Below are positions 12,624-23,792 of a DNA stretch of 38,592 bases, in pieces. Position 1 is the stretch's first letter. Every line of letters starts with the position of its first letter. The position numbers and the translations under genes are program-made. The notes under the pieces are model-generated. The model saw nothing but the letters and a program-made list of their open reading frames with translations. It did not search any database and had not been told where the DNA came from. Location: assembly GCF_004010195.1 (NCBI RefSeq), contig NC_057718.1, forward strand, positions 69,018,607-69,057,198. Reading direction: 5' to 3'. Origin of the DNA: Chiloscyllium plagiosum (taxonomy: Eukaryota).

Positions 12624-12843
12624 GAAAATGAGGACTGCAGATGCTGAACATCAGAGTCAAGAGTGTGGTGCTGGAAAAGCACAGCATGTCAGACAGCATC
12701 CAAGGAGCAGGAGAATCAACGTTTCGGGCATAAGCCCTTCATCAGGCTCCTGATGAACAGCTTATGACTGCAATGTCGATTCTTTTGCTCCTCAGATGCT
12801 GCCTGACCTGCTGTGCACTTCCAGCACCTCACTCTTGACTTAG
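12624..12843. mobile_element. Head-to-head PLE pLTR hairpin (two opposed hammerhead motifs)
   Basis: Inverted arms (~12652-12746 vs ~12749-12840) meet at tcatcagg-ct-cctgatga. TSD tgttatgga at 12615-12623 and 12844-12852. Confidence 0.85.
12714..12747 (-). ncRNA. Minimal hammerhead ribozyme motif
   Basis: Minus strand CTGATGA-A-GGGC-TTAT-GCCC-GAAA-CG-TT: core intact, GUU triplet, weak stem I. Confidence 0.6.
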
Positions 12844-13345
12844 TGTTATGGACCAAATACTGGCAAATGGGACTAGTTTAGAATGGGAAACCTGGTTAGC
12901 ATGGATGAGTTGGCCTGAAGAGCCTGTTTCCATGTTGTGTGGCTGTATGACTATTATAAAACCTACCACAAAATTTTTATTTAGTTTATAGTTTCCATTT
13001 ATCTTATAACCTCCGCCTCCAAGCGAAGTAGCTATGTAATAAAATCAGGAGAAAAAGAGCAATAACCAAAGGCTGGTTGGTTAACCCAATTGTAAATTAT
13101 CAAATAGAATTAATTACTTATACTGACATTACACCATTTCTAACAATATAGAATAAAATGAGAATAGACATACAATCTGAACACAGCAAAGCCACAAATT
13201 TTAGTGAAGTGGTAACTAAGCTTGGACTTTTTAGTATATTGTGGAACATACAAAAAAATGTGATTGTTGTAACATTTTCAGCCATTATAATTTTCACTGT
13301 TACACTTGTATTCAATTTGTAACAGACATATTTTTGTATCAACAG

Positions 13346-13798
13346 TACCTCAGTTCAGAGGCTGCAAATAAAAAGGAACCGAAGTCTCTCAAAACAGCTG
13401 TGGCAGCATACTCCAATTCACCATTAGTGACTTCTCAAAGAAATTCTGAAACATTCAAGGAAATAATCTCACAGTCACTACTGAAAAAGACACAGCAACA
13501 GTGTCCAAGCAATAGAACTTCTCATGAACTTTGTAATAACCCAGTGAGAGTCTCAGAAAGTGCAGCCACAGCCCCAATAGCACCTCCCCGCAGGAAGAAA
13601 ACTGCAGCATCTTTTTCGCAAATTGACTACAATTCAGTTGTGAAATCATTCCATAATAATCCCAGACAGAATCCTTTTTGTGCATGTGGGTTGCGTGGCA
13701 ATGATCATCCTTTTAAATTGTGCAATACTAGTACTTCATTCAGCAACAACTCTGTTAGGTCTTTACAAGAAAGTAGACCTTCATCTGACCCATCCTAA
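13346..13798 (+). CDS. SYNJ2: Synaptojanin-2 terminal coding exon (long, 2B-type C-terminus)
   Basis: Acceptor tttttgtatcaacag (13331-13345), phase 0, in frame with ORF 13241..13798. Contains APIAPPRRKKTAASF (cf. mammalian VPPRRKKSAPAAF), QNPF (cf. QDPF) and SSDP (cf. SSDPL). Stop TAA at 13796-13798. Confidence 0.85.
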   Translation, partial: YLSSEAANKKEPKSLKTAVAAYSNSPLVTSQRNSETFKEIISQSLLKKTQQQCPSNRTSHELCNNPVRVSESAATAPIAPPRRKKTAASFSQIDYNSVVKSFHNNPRQNPFCACGLRGNDHPFKLCNTSTSFSNNSVRSLQESRPSSDPS

Positions 13799-14087
13799 CA
13801 ACAAAGGAACTTTAAGATAAATCTGCCTAAGTTTGGACAAAATATAAATGATGCTGAAACAAAAATATTTGAATTCACCACTGGCACCACAGATGAAAAA
13901 CTATATCATAAAGACATGACACAGAATAATCATTTTTCTTCAAAAGAGTTGTAGCAAACTTTGAGTGAAAGGAGTGTTAATCATTTTTGGCTTTATCACA
14001 GTATATTAAATTGGCCACTTGGTGAATTTAAACAGATGTCTATGATTTTGTTTGACCAGTGGAGGACTGAAAAAGTTCTGTACTTTA

Positions 14088-14400
14088 TTGTAGAATCCCT
14101 AAAGTGTGGAAACAGGCCATTAGGCCCAACAAGTCCACACTGGCCATCCGAAGAATATCTCACCCAGTCCCACTCCTCTACATTTCTCCTGACTAATGCA
14201 CCTAGCCTACACATCCTGAACACTGGGCAATTTAGCATGTCCAATTCACCAGCATATCTTTGGACTGTGGGAAGAAACTGGAGCACCCAGAGGAAACTAA
14301 CGCAGACACAGGGAGAATGTGCAAACTCCACACAGGAATTGAGCCTGGACTCCTCGTGATGAGAGGCAGCGATGCTAACCTCTAAGCCACAGTGCTGCCC
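14088..14400 (-). mobile_element. HE1-type V-SINE in the putative SYNJ2 3' UTR
   Basis: Same tail, V-domain and tRNA head as the other HE1 copies (ggagaatgtgcaaactccac; atgctaacctctaagccacagtgctgccc). Confidence 0.9.
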
Positions 14401-14439
14401 ATAATATTTTCTTATGTTCTTTAGTATATATTTCTGAAT

Positions 14440-14445
14440 AATAAA
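14440..14445 (+). promoter_or_regulatory. Candidate polyadenylation signal for SYNJ2
   Basis: AATAAA about 640 nt after the stop codon, in AT-rich sequence. Position is plausible but unverified. Confidence 0.35.
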
Positions 14446-15024
14446 TGAAATATAATCTATGTATAATGATGTATAATATTGATATTCATAGAAACCAGTT
14501 TAATCTTAATTTTTCATCTTTTCACCAATGAAGCAAAAGAAATGGGTTAATTGATTACAAGAGTCATGTTCATCGTGAATATTGCCATTTATTTTAGTTA
14601 CACCAAACAGAACCCAATAGCCCAAGACCAGTGATTAAACAATCAGATTTAAGCACTGTAATTCTATCACATTCAGTTGTGAATGGTGACAGGCATTGAG
14701 TTGAATAACCAATTGAAGGAAGATATTCTACAGGTAGCCTCATTCTCAATAATGGGGAGCTGAGCAAATCAGTGCAATAGTCAAAGCTAAAGCACTTGTA
14801 ACAGTCTTCAGCCAGAATTACAAAGTGATTCGTCTTGCCTCCTCCTGAGATCCCTTCCAGCACATATGTCATTTTGCAGCCAATTCAGAGTGACCAAATG
14901 TCTGGAATTTACAGGACCATTTGATATTTGTCCTAAGACTTGATTTATTTACTGCCAGCTTAGCTTTTGTCACTTATTTTTGATCTTTGCACATGTACAA
15001 TGCGCGTATGCATGCTAAGTGTAC

Positions 15025-15870
15025 TTAGAGAACAGCACAGAAACACGCCCTTTGGTCCAAATCGTTCACACAGACCAGATATCCCAACCTAATCTGGTCC
15101 CATTTGCCAGCACCCGGCCCATAACCCTCTAAACCCTTCCTTTTCATATACCTGTCCAGATGACTTTTAAATGTTGTAATTGTACCAGCTTCCACCACTT
15201 CCTCTGACAGCTTATTTCGTACGTGCACCCCCTCTGCGTGAACAAGTTGCCCTTAGATCCCTTTTATACCTTTCCCCCTCACCCTAAACCTAAGCCCTCT
15301 AATTCTGGACTCCCCCACCCCAGGGAAAAGACTTTGTCTATTTATTCTATCCATGTCCCTCATAATTTGATAAACCTCTATAAGGTCACCTCTCAGCTTT
15401 CGATGCTCCAGGGAAAACAGCCCCAGCCTGTTCAGCGTCTCCCTATAGCTCAAATCCTCCAACCCTGACAACATTCTGGTAAATCCTTTCTGAAACTTTT
15501 CAAGTTTCACAACATCCTTCTGATAGGAAGACCAGTTTTGCATGCAATATTCCAAAAGTGGCCTAACCAACGTCCTGTATAGCCACAACATGACCTCCCA
15601 ACTCCTATATTCAATGCTCAATAAAGGAAAGCTACCAACCGCCTCCTTCACTATCCTATCCATCTGTGACTCCACTTTCAAGGAGCTATGAACCTGCACT
15701 CTGAGGTCTCTATGTTCAAAAACACTCCCTCAGACTTTGCAATTAAGTGTACAAGTCCTGCTAAGATTTGCTTTCTCAAAATGCAGCACCTCGCATTTAT
15801 CTAGATTAAACTCCATCTACCACTCCTCAGCCCATAGGCCCATCTCTATCCACTACACATCCAATTTTGC
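15025..15870 (-). mobile_element. CR1 3' fragment
   Basis: Minus ORF 15253..15699: YRTLVRPLLEYC...LFSLEHRKLRGDLIEVY. Confidence 0.9.
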
Positions 15871-17099
15871 TGTCTTCCTCCCACCCATGTCCACCTGTCC
15901 CATGCTCAGAGATTCAGTTCACTCTCTGGTCACTAGTACTATCCCTTCCCCTCTTATGGTCTTGGCAGCCCATACATGTTCCACGCCCCCCTTCTTTTGA
16001 TCCCATTGTCCATTGTGCAAAATGTTTTCTTTTTTTTAATCTCCCGTGAGTTGAACTTCCTGCCCACATGATAGGGAGAAGTGACTGTACTTGATACGGC
16101 AAAGGCTATGGACTGAATGTTATTGAAGATCTGTCCTTCAAAATTATCTGTGTCTTGAACCAAGCTACAGTCCGTGTGATAACTACAAGTCGATTATGTG
16201 GATGATGCTTTCGACAGTGCTATCAATGGGCACTTACTCTGCAGCAACACATTCACCAATCCATAGTTGGGTTTTGCTAATGACATTCAACTCTAGTCTT
16301 CATTAGTCTTGCAAGGAAGCTAAGCTTATCCTTTATAAAATTAATGTCAGGCCTCAGCTAGAGTATTGCATCTAATTCTGGGTGCCACGTTTTGGGAAGG
16401 ATGTTAGTTGGGTTGCAAGGTGACTTTTAATCAAATAATATTGGGCACTAAAAACTCCAGTTTTAGAAAAGGTTTAGAGAGCTAATAGTGTTCTTTATCG
16501 AGCAGAAACTGTTATGATAAAATGCATCATTTTGAGGAACTTCCATAGAGTGTTTAAGTTGTTCATGGGTATCAGAATTGCTAGTAAGGCCAGCTGTTCC
16601 TGTCATGTCTAACTTTTTTTGACAAGGTGGTGCTATTTTGAATCATTGCTGTCCATGTGGCAGTATTTCCACAGCACTGTTAGCCATGTCTCCATAATAA
16701 TGACTATGCCATATTGTTTACATCTGTTTGTGTGATTAACCCATCTACTTTATTGCAAATGCTCCACACATTAAGGCATGTCCCTATTTCATCTTGCTCC
16801 TTAATTTCTCTGCTATCACTTTTCTTATTTGTCTTTCTGTTTTTTGTTCTTGTTCTTGATTTCCCTTCCTTTGACTTCTTGCATAGGTTCCCATTCCTCT
16901 GCTATTTTAGTTTAAATCTGTCAAGCAAATACTACCCTGAGGATATCAGCCCAGATGTGACCAGTCCAGTTTGTGCTGGCCACGCCGCTACCCCACAAAT
17001 AGTGCTAGTGCGCCAAGAATCTGAAACCCTCTTCCTTGCACCATTTCTTCAGTCACATATTCATCTGATATATGCTTCTATTTCTACCTGTCCAAATAT

Positions 17100-17675
17100 C
17101 TTTCATATTTTGCAAGTGTACCCACCTCTGCCACTTGCTCTGGCAGCTTGTTCTATATAAGGACCACCCTCTATGTGAAACATTCACCCATCACATCCCT
17201 TTTAAATCTTTATCCATGTTGGACCTGGGTTCAATTCCAACCTCTGGTGACTGTGGGAATTTGTACATTCTCCTTGTGTCTGCATGGGTTTCCTACGGGT
17301 GTTCCAGTTTACTATCACAATCCAAAGATGTGCAGGTTAGGTGCATTGGCCATGCTAAATTGCCCATAGTGCTCAGGGATGTTAATGCTCAGGCATTAGT
17401 CAGGGGTAAATGTAGACTAATACGGTAGGGGAATGGGGCTGGGCGAGTTGCTCTTCAGAGGTTCCGTGTGGACTTGTTGGGCAGAAGGGCCTATTCCCAC
17501 ATTGTAGGAATTCTATGATTCTACCTTATTTATGATCCTCATTATTTCATGAACTCCAGAAGGTCACCCCACAGCTTCCTCGCTCCAGGGAAAAAGTTCC
17601 AAACTATCCAGTCTCGTCTTATAACTCAAATCTTCCAGTCTCAGTACAATCCTTGAAAATCTTTTTTTTGTACCT
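17100..17675 (-). mobile_element. CR1 3' fragment (host of the ERV; continues at 28254-28340), with an internal plus-strand HE1 SINE at ~17215-17523
   Basis: The CR1 text atccttgaaaatcttttttttgtacct resumes after the ERV as cacctttt..aataacatacttcctatagcagggtgaccagaattg. The HE1 copy has B-box gggttcaattcc and the V-domain. Confidence 0.8.
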
Positions 17676-19105
17676 AGTTGGGGAGGAATAGCAAAGAGGA
17701 GTTTGAATCTTGTTTATTAGCACAAATTGATTTTTAATCAGAGCTCCTTTTATCGTACATGGGAGAGGCCAGAGACAGTTCCAAATTTGGCTTTCACATG
17801 GGACCCATTTCCTCTCATAATATGGGCTCAGATTGCAAGAGAGGTCAGTGACACTCTACCATTCCCAATAAAGTACAGAATATTTATACATACCACATTG
17901 CAATAATTACATACAACATTGTTGTCATTGTTAAATCCTCCTAATTTCTACATCTAATCCTGTAAATCCGCCCAATCAATGATTGCCACTCCTAGGTCTC
18001 CCATGATATTTACCATATAGCTTTACCACTAGCCCTTGGGATCTTACATTGCAACCCATTAATTTATACTCCAATACTTGTAGTTATTATGGGAGTTACA
18101 AAAATAAGCTAATTCCTACTAATTGCAATGAAATTCACAGTGTCAGTTCTAATACAAAGCTAATTATATATAAAGTGATATGGTTACACCTAATAATATA
18201 ATTTTTTAGCCAACAAGTTATGAACAGCTTCTTTCTCACCTGACTTTGGGATGTCAAACATATACTGCCCCTCTGTCTTGTAGCTGCAGTTATAACTCTT
18301 TGTCTTCGCATGCAGTCTCTAAATGTGTTTTAAACAAGGAATTGCTTCCAAGATGAAATTTGTACACTATTTACTTAATAAGCCAACATCTATTTAAATT
18401 TCATAAATAAGACTGAAACTCAATTGCATTCCCAGCTCAAGAATCTTGTCTGAATTCGTAGGATTTTAGAAAATATCTGTCCTTCCCCTTCTCCAACTCC
18501 ACCACCACCATCTTGATCCTTGGATGTAAGAATTCACTGATCTGTCTCCATCATTATGTAAGTTCACTTTTTTTGGTTGGGAAGCTGCCAAACATTTCTC
18601 AAATATCAAATGGTGTCTTTTTTGAGGCCATCTGCTTACCCACTTGTTGGTCAATCCTCTGCCAACAAGATGGGAGCTCAGCTCCACTATCTCTGGCCCT
18701 TGGTTTGAAGAAATTCAACCAAATCTCTTACCATTAGATGTGGAATGCAATGCTTAATTTCTCAATACTCAATTACATGAAGAGTCTCTGTTATTTTGGG
18801 ATCATACTTTTCTTGCTAAATTACAAACTTCAGGCTGTTGTTCCCAAACATCTCTTATTAGACTGCCACTGAGAGTTTGTACAGAGCTTCTTGTATTTTA
18901 ATTTGTAAAATTCTTGGTTCTATCTGTTATCTTGGGTTTATCTTATTCTCAAAGCTAGCATCGTCCAAACTTATTATCTCATTCTAATGCTGAACTAAAT
19001 GAGCTACTTCTGTTACTGCAATTACAAATCTTCTCCATCTTTATGCTAACTAAAAATCTATGAGCAGCCATTTTGTGGAATCTCTGGCCATGGGTTATCC
19101 CAACA
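17676..19105 (-). repeat. ERV 3' LTR (~1.43 kb)
   Basis: Colinear with 26877-28253 over its whole length. Plus-strand ends (a)gttg...cccaaca. Confidence 0.9.
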
Positions 19106-19110
19106 ACACC

Positions 19111-19342
19111 TTGCTTTTGGGAGCAAATTATTGCAGATACTGGAATCTGTACTGAAAACAAAAAAAATCTGGAGATTACAGTGGGCCAAACAGCATCCAT
19201 GGAGGGAGAGCAAGCTAACGATTCAAGCCAAGATAACTTTTTATTGGAGCTGAAGATGGAATCATCTAGACTTTAAATTTTAAGTTGCTCTCTCTCCATG
19301 GATGCTGCCTGCCCTGCTGTGACCTCCAGGATTTTTTGTTTT
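19111..19342. mobile_element. Head-to-head PLE pLTR hairpin at the ERV LTR/PPT junction
   Basis: Arms ~19154-19218 and ~19280-19344 are inverted repeats. TSD caacacc at 19104-19110 and 19343-19349. Confidence 0.75.
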
Positions 19343-19367
19343 CAACACCCCAGATCCTTGGTTAATG

Positions 19368-19503
19368 ACAGAGGTATTCCCCATAGCCGCGGGGAATACC
19401 TCTGTCTCATTCCTGAAGAAGGGCTTATGCCCGAAACGTCGATTCTCCTGTTCCCTGGATGCTGCCTGACCTGCTGCGCTTTTCCAGCAACACATTTTCA
19501 ACA
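19368..19503 (+). mobile_element. Short PLE insertion with hammerhead and 5' hairpin
   Basis: TSD cttggttaatg at 19357-19367 and 19504-19514. pLTR signature gatgctgcctgacctgctg. Confidence 0.85.
19409..19444 (+). ncRNA. Minimal hammerhead ribozyme motif
   Basis: ATTC-CTGAAGA-A-GGGC-TTAT-GCCC-GAAA-CG-TC-GATT. Predicted cleavage after C19440. Confidence 0.7.
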
Positions 19504-19599
19504 CTTGGTTAATGCACCAAGCTGGACTATAAAATGTATAGGATCTACTTGTTACCTCTACTACCATGGGAAATGGGGGAGTCCTCATGTCATTGCTCT

Positions 19600-21160
19600 T
19601 TAATACATCATTTATTGTTATGTACTATTGTTAGCACAATCAAAACAATGAATTGCATTACTACTAGTGCACATGATACGACCTGAATCCTTGGTTTGTT
19701 TGGGTATTTAGTCCTCCATCCCAAATCTGATTTATCCAGCTTGGTTGTTCTAACTTCCTGTCCGCTTGATCGACATCAGTTTTAATGTCCTTTGTGTGTT
19801 CAAACCATTGATGAATAACTTCTTCGACTCTTTCCACAATCTTTACCCAACCTGCAGTTACTTGTGGAATCAATGATAATTCCATTGTTATGTATTGTAG
19901 TGATTCTAAATCCACATCAGTTTGTTGGATGATGAGATTAATCACTGCCCATCGTACCAATTCAGGCAAAAGTTCTTTCAAGCCACCGTTATACTATCCT
20001 TGACTAAAAACCCCCCCAACTCCCGCCCCCCCCCCCCTTTACCTCCTCGCCAGTTCTTAATGAAAGATCTAAACCCTGGAACCTGCAACATCCATTCCTC
20101 ACCCTGCTCTATCCATGTCTCCAAAATGGCCACAACATCGAAGTCCCAGGTACCAATTCATTCTGCAAGCTCGCTTATCTTATTTCAGATACTTCTGGCG
20201 TTGAAATAGACACACTTCAAACCAGCTTGCTGTCTGCCAGCACATTCCTGTGACCGTGTTTTCCTGCAGACACTAAAACTGCTCATCTTTTGTAGTTGTA
20301 CCTAATATGTTTACTCTTACTATTTCTGAGGTATAACCAACTCCTGCCATTTCAAACAATCCCATATTTTTCCTCTAGAGGCTTTCCTTCAACCTAAACT
20401 GCCTTCCTCTCAACTGCAATCCTAGGAGGTGGGCAAACAATTCTTTTGTGGTAGTGAGACACTAATCAGGCACGTGTACATCTGTTAGGTCAGAAACTAC
20501 CTGCACCTGATTGTGTACTGGCATAAGGGTCTCACTTGTTCCTGTATCTTCCATTACTAACTCACCCCGATGATCCTGTTGGCCTTCATTTACATTTTGG
20601 TTTTGAGCTTGTAGTTGATGGCCTTGGAGTCATGGTCACATTTTTGCTTGTAATAGTGACATTGGGAACATATGTCAGTTCTGGAGAAGTCGTACACCCC
20701 GTATAAAGGAGCCACTTAAACCTACAATAAATCCACAATCACACATGTTTATAACTTGTGGGTAACAGAATACTTCAGCCATATCAAGCATATTCTCGCT
20801 CCCTGTTCTCCACACATAAACTTCACTGGCCTTTGCCTAATTTGGGCTTGTGTGCATGTACTACTTGTTGGGGTCCATATTAATGGACCAGTTTTTTTTC
20901 TTATTTCAGTTGACCATGCAGTCAGACAGGGTAAGGCTGGCATAGTCAGTGTTACCCCCTCCGATTTTACATTGCCGTAATATAACTTCATGTTTTTATC
21001 ACTTCCAGTCTCATGCCCTATTTGGGAATTACAATCTTATTTTCCCCTTTCAATATTATACATGCATCAGACTTCTCTTCATCTCTTTGCTCTCAGTGGT
21101 CATTATCTGCTCCCTGAGTAGATCACAGTGATGGCTACTAGCCTGGTGGTGCCCAAAATG
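19600..21160 (-). pseudogene. env: ERV env remnant
   Basis: Lies between the integrase stop and the 3' LTR. Shows a Cys-containing N-terminal part, a Thr/Ser-rich linker, a degenerate furin site plus fusion peptide RK(N)(M)|GLFEMAGVGY (~20335-20374), a heptad-like C-terminal helix and a hydrophobic TM (IQVVSCALVVMQFIVLIVLTIV, ~19620-19690). Confidence 0.65.
19968..20275 (-). mobile_element. CR1 ORF2 endonuclease N-terminal fragment inside env
   Basis: Minus translation LKCVYFNARSI.NKISELAE*IGTWDFDVVAILETW...LQVPGFRSF...GG..LVKDSITV. Confidence 0.85.
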
Positions 21161-22705
21161 TTAATAATTGTGTTCAAGCTTTATATAACTTCAGTTGGGA
21201 CCAATGCTTCCATTTCAGTCTCTCTTTAATACCTACCAAAGCACATATACCACCTGTAATAATGACCTCATATGGCATAACCCATCACACTTGTAATCTC
21301 ACGCACTCCAGTAATATTTTCACCATTACCCAATCTCCTGGCATAGGGGTTTTGCTAAAAGAATTTTGTGCTCTCTTTCCCAGTCCCTGATTCTTTGTCG
21401 GTCTACAGCTTCTCCTCTCAGCTCATGCAGCTGCATTGCCAGCTACCTCTCAAACTCTGTGACCCTGTCCTTGCCGGTACTTACCCCCAGCCACATCCTC
21501 TGACAATTGCATAGCCCATTTGGTTATTATTTCAAAAGGGGTCAGCACTGTTCCCCATTTTGGGGTTGAGCCCAATTTCATTAGAATGGCAGGAAGTATC
21601 TTAGACTATCCTGTCCTTTCTCCATCAGGGCCTTAGTCAGACTGGTTTTAAGTGTCCAGTCATTTACTCTACCATTCCTGAGCTTTGGGGGTGATATGGG
21701 AGATGAACAATCTCTAAACGTAAATCTTTCTAGTGAGACTAAACTGTACGTCTTTCCCTGGGATTGGAGCAGGAGTCATAAAATTCATCTGCAATTGTTC
21801 CCATTGGGCCCTTAAGTTGGCTCGATTTTATCTTGATTGCTTTCCCTGGCTTGCACTATACATAAGTTGCATTTCTTTGACAGAATTTTGCTGTATCTTT
21901 CCCTATTCTGGTTCACCACCAGCAGTGGCTCATCTAATACTACATTTTACCCAACCCAATGTGGGCCAAACCATGATATGTTTTACAGTGTGGTACCACT
22001 GCCTGATCCTGCATCCTTCCTACTCCATGTTGTCCTCTCATTGCCCCTCTCTTTTCGCATTCCTGCTTCTCTTCTTGTAATGTTTCTTGCAATGTCTTTA
22101 AATTTTCATCTTTCACTTCTGTAACCACTGCAACTGGTATTTCCTCAAATGTCTGTGCAGTTTTGGAAAGCATTTTAACTCCTTTATCTGGATACTCATT
22201 ACCCTGTTGTCGCGGGGTTTGTACCTTCCTGTGAGCACTAATCTTAATTACTGCTGCTCCTGTTAAAGCTTTAACCTGCTGTTCATGTTGTATGTGGCCC
22301 CTGGATGAGGTGATATATCCTCGCCGATCCCAGGCCACCATATAGTCATGCACTACTCCAAAAGCACACCTACTATCTGTGTATACATTGACTCTCTGGC
22401 CGCTGGCTAATTTCAGTGCTGCTGTCAGGACTTCTAATTCTGCTACTTGGGCTGACTCCAAAGTGCTTGATGCTAGCCATCAAACTTCTCTCTAGATCTA
22501 CCATCGCCCAATTAGTGTGAGATATTCCCTTGTAATATTTCCTTGATCCATCTACAAATAACTGCAACACTCTGTCTACTTCTAGTGGTTCCTCAGCAAT
22601 CTCACTATTCACTCCATTTTCAACTTCTCTCACACACTTGTGTTCATTCCCTTCCCCCACTATCAGTCCTTTTGGGTTTACCACTTTATCCTTCAGTACC
22701 TATGT

Positions 22706-23792
22706 ATAGAGTCATAGAGATGTACAGCACAGAATCGGACCCATCGGTCCAAATAGTTCACACAGACCAGAATTACTAACCTAATCTAGTCCCATTTATC
22801 AGTACTTGGTCCCTATCCCTCAAAATTCTTCCTATTCATATACCCATCCAGATCCTTTTAAATATTGTAATTGTATCAGCCTCCACCACTTCCTCTGGCA
22901 ATTCATTCCCTCTGCATGATAAAGTTGTCCCTTAGGTTCCTTTTAAATCTTTCTCCTGTCACTTTAAACCTATGCCCTCTAGTTTTGGATTCGCCCACCC
23001 TGGGGAAAAGACTTTGGCTATTCACTATCCATACCCCTCATGATTTTATAAACTTCTATAAGGTCACCCCTCAGCCTACAATGCTCCAGGGAAGCAGCCC
23101 TAGCCTATTCAGCCTCTCCCCTCCAACCCCTCCAACTCTGGCAACACCCTTGTAAATATTTTCTGAACCCTTCCAAATTTCACAACATCCTTCCTATAGC
23201 AGGGAGACCAGAATTGCATGCAGTGTTCCAAAAGTGGCCTAACCAATGTCCTGTACAACCACAATATGACCTCCCAATCCCTGTACTCAGTGCACTGATT
23301 AATTAAGGCTAGCATTCCTAAAGAAGGGCTTATGCCCGAAACGTCGATTCTCCTGCTCCTTGGATGCTGCCTGACTTGCTGCACTTTTCCAGCAACACAT
23401 TTTTCAGCTCTGATCTCCAGCATCTGCAGTCCTCACTTTTTACTAGCATTCCAAATGCCTTCTTCACTATCCTGTCTACCTGTGACTCCACTTTCAAGGA
23501 TCTATGAACATGCATTGCAAGGTCTCTTTGTTCAGCAATGCTTCCCAGGACCTTAACATTAAGTGTATAAGTCCTGCCCTGAACTGCCTTTCCAAAATGC
23601 AGCTCCTCAGATTTATCTAAATTAAACTCCATCAGCCACTCCTCAGTCCATTGACCCATCTGATCAAGATCCTCTTGTACTGTGAGGTAACCTTCGCGTC
23701 CACTACACCTCCAATTTTGGTGTCGTCTGTAAACTTACTAACTATACCTCCTATGTTCACATCCAAATCATTTATATAAATGATGAAAAGCA
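22706..23792 (-). mobile_element. CR1 3' fragment nested in ERV pol
   Basis: MEFNLDK..LHFGK, YRTLVRPLLEHC and tail (tagagtcatagag) at ~22706. Confidence 0.9.
23319..23442 (+). mobile_element. Short PLE insertion nested in CR1 nested in ERV
   Basis: TSD ctagcattcc at 23309-23318 and 23443-23452. Hammerhead core mutated to CTAAAGA. Confidence 0.85.

Larger units (their letters stand above)
11685..12955 (+). mobile_element. CR1 RT/3' fragment containing a PLE hairpin
   Basis: MEFNSDKCEVLHFG...QRDLGVQV and tail gcctgaagagcctgtttccatg...ctgtatgactat. Confidence 0.85.

Noticed and set aside
16714..17160. 148-aa ORF with a hydrophobic stretch as a membrane protein
   Set aside because: The hydrophobic run comes from T-rich low-complexity DNA, and the remainder overlaps CR1-derived sequence.
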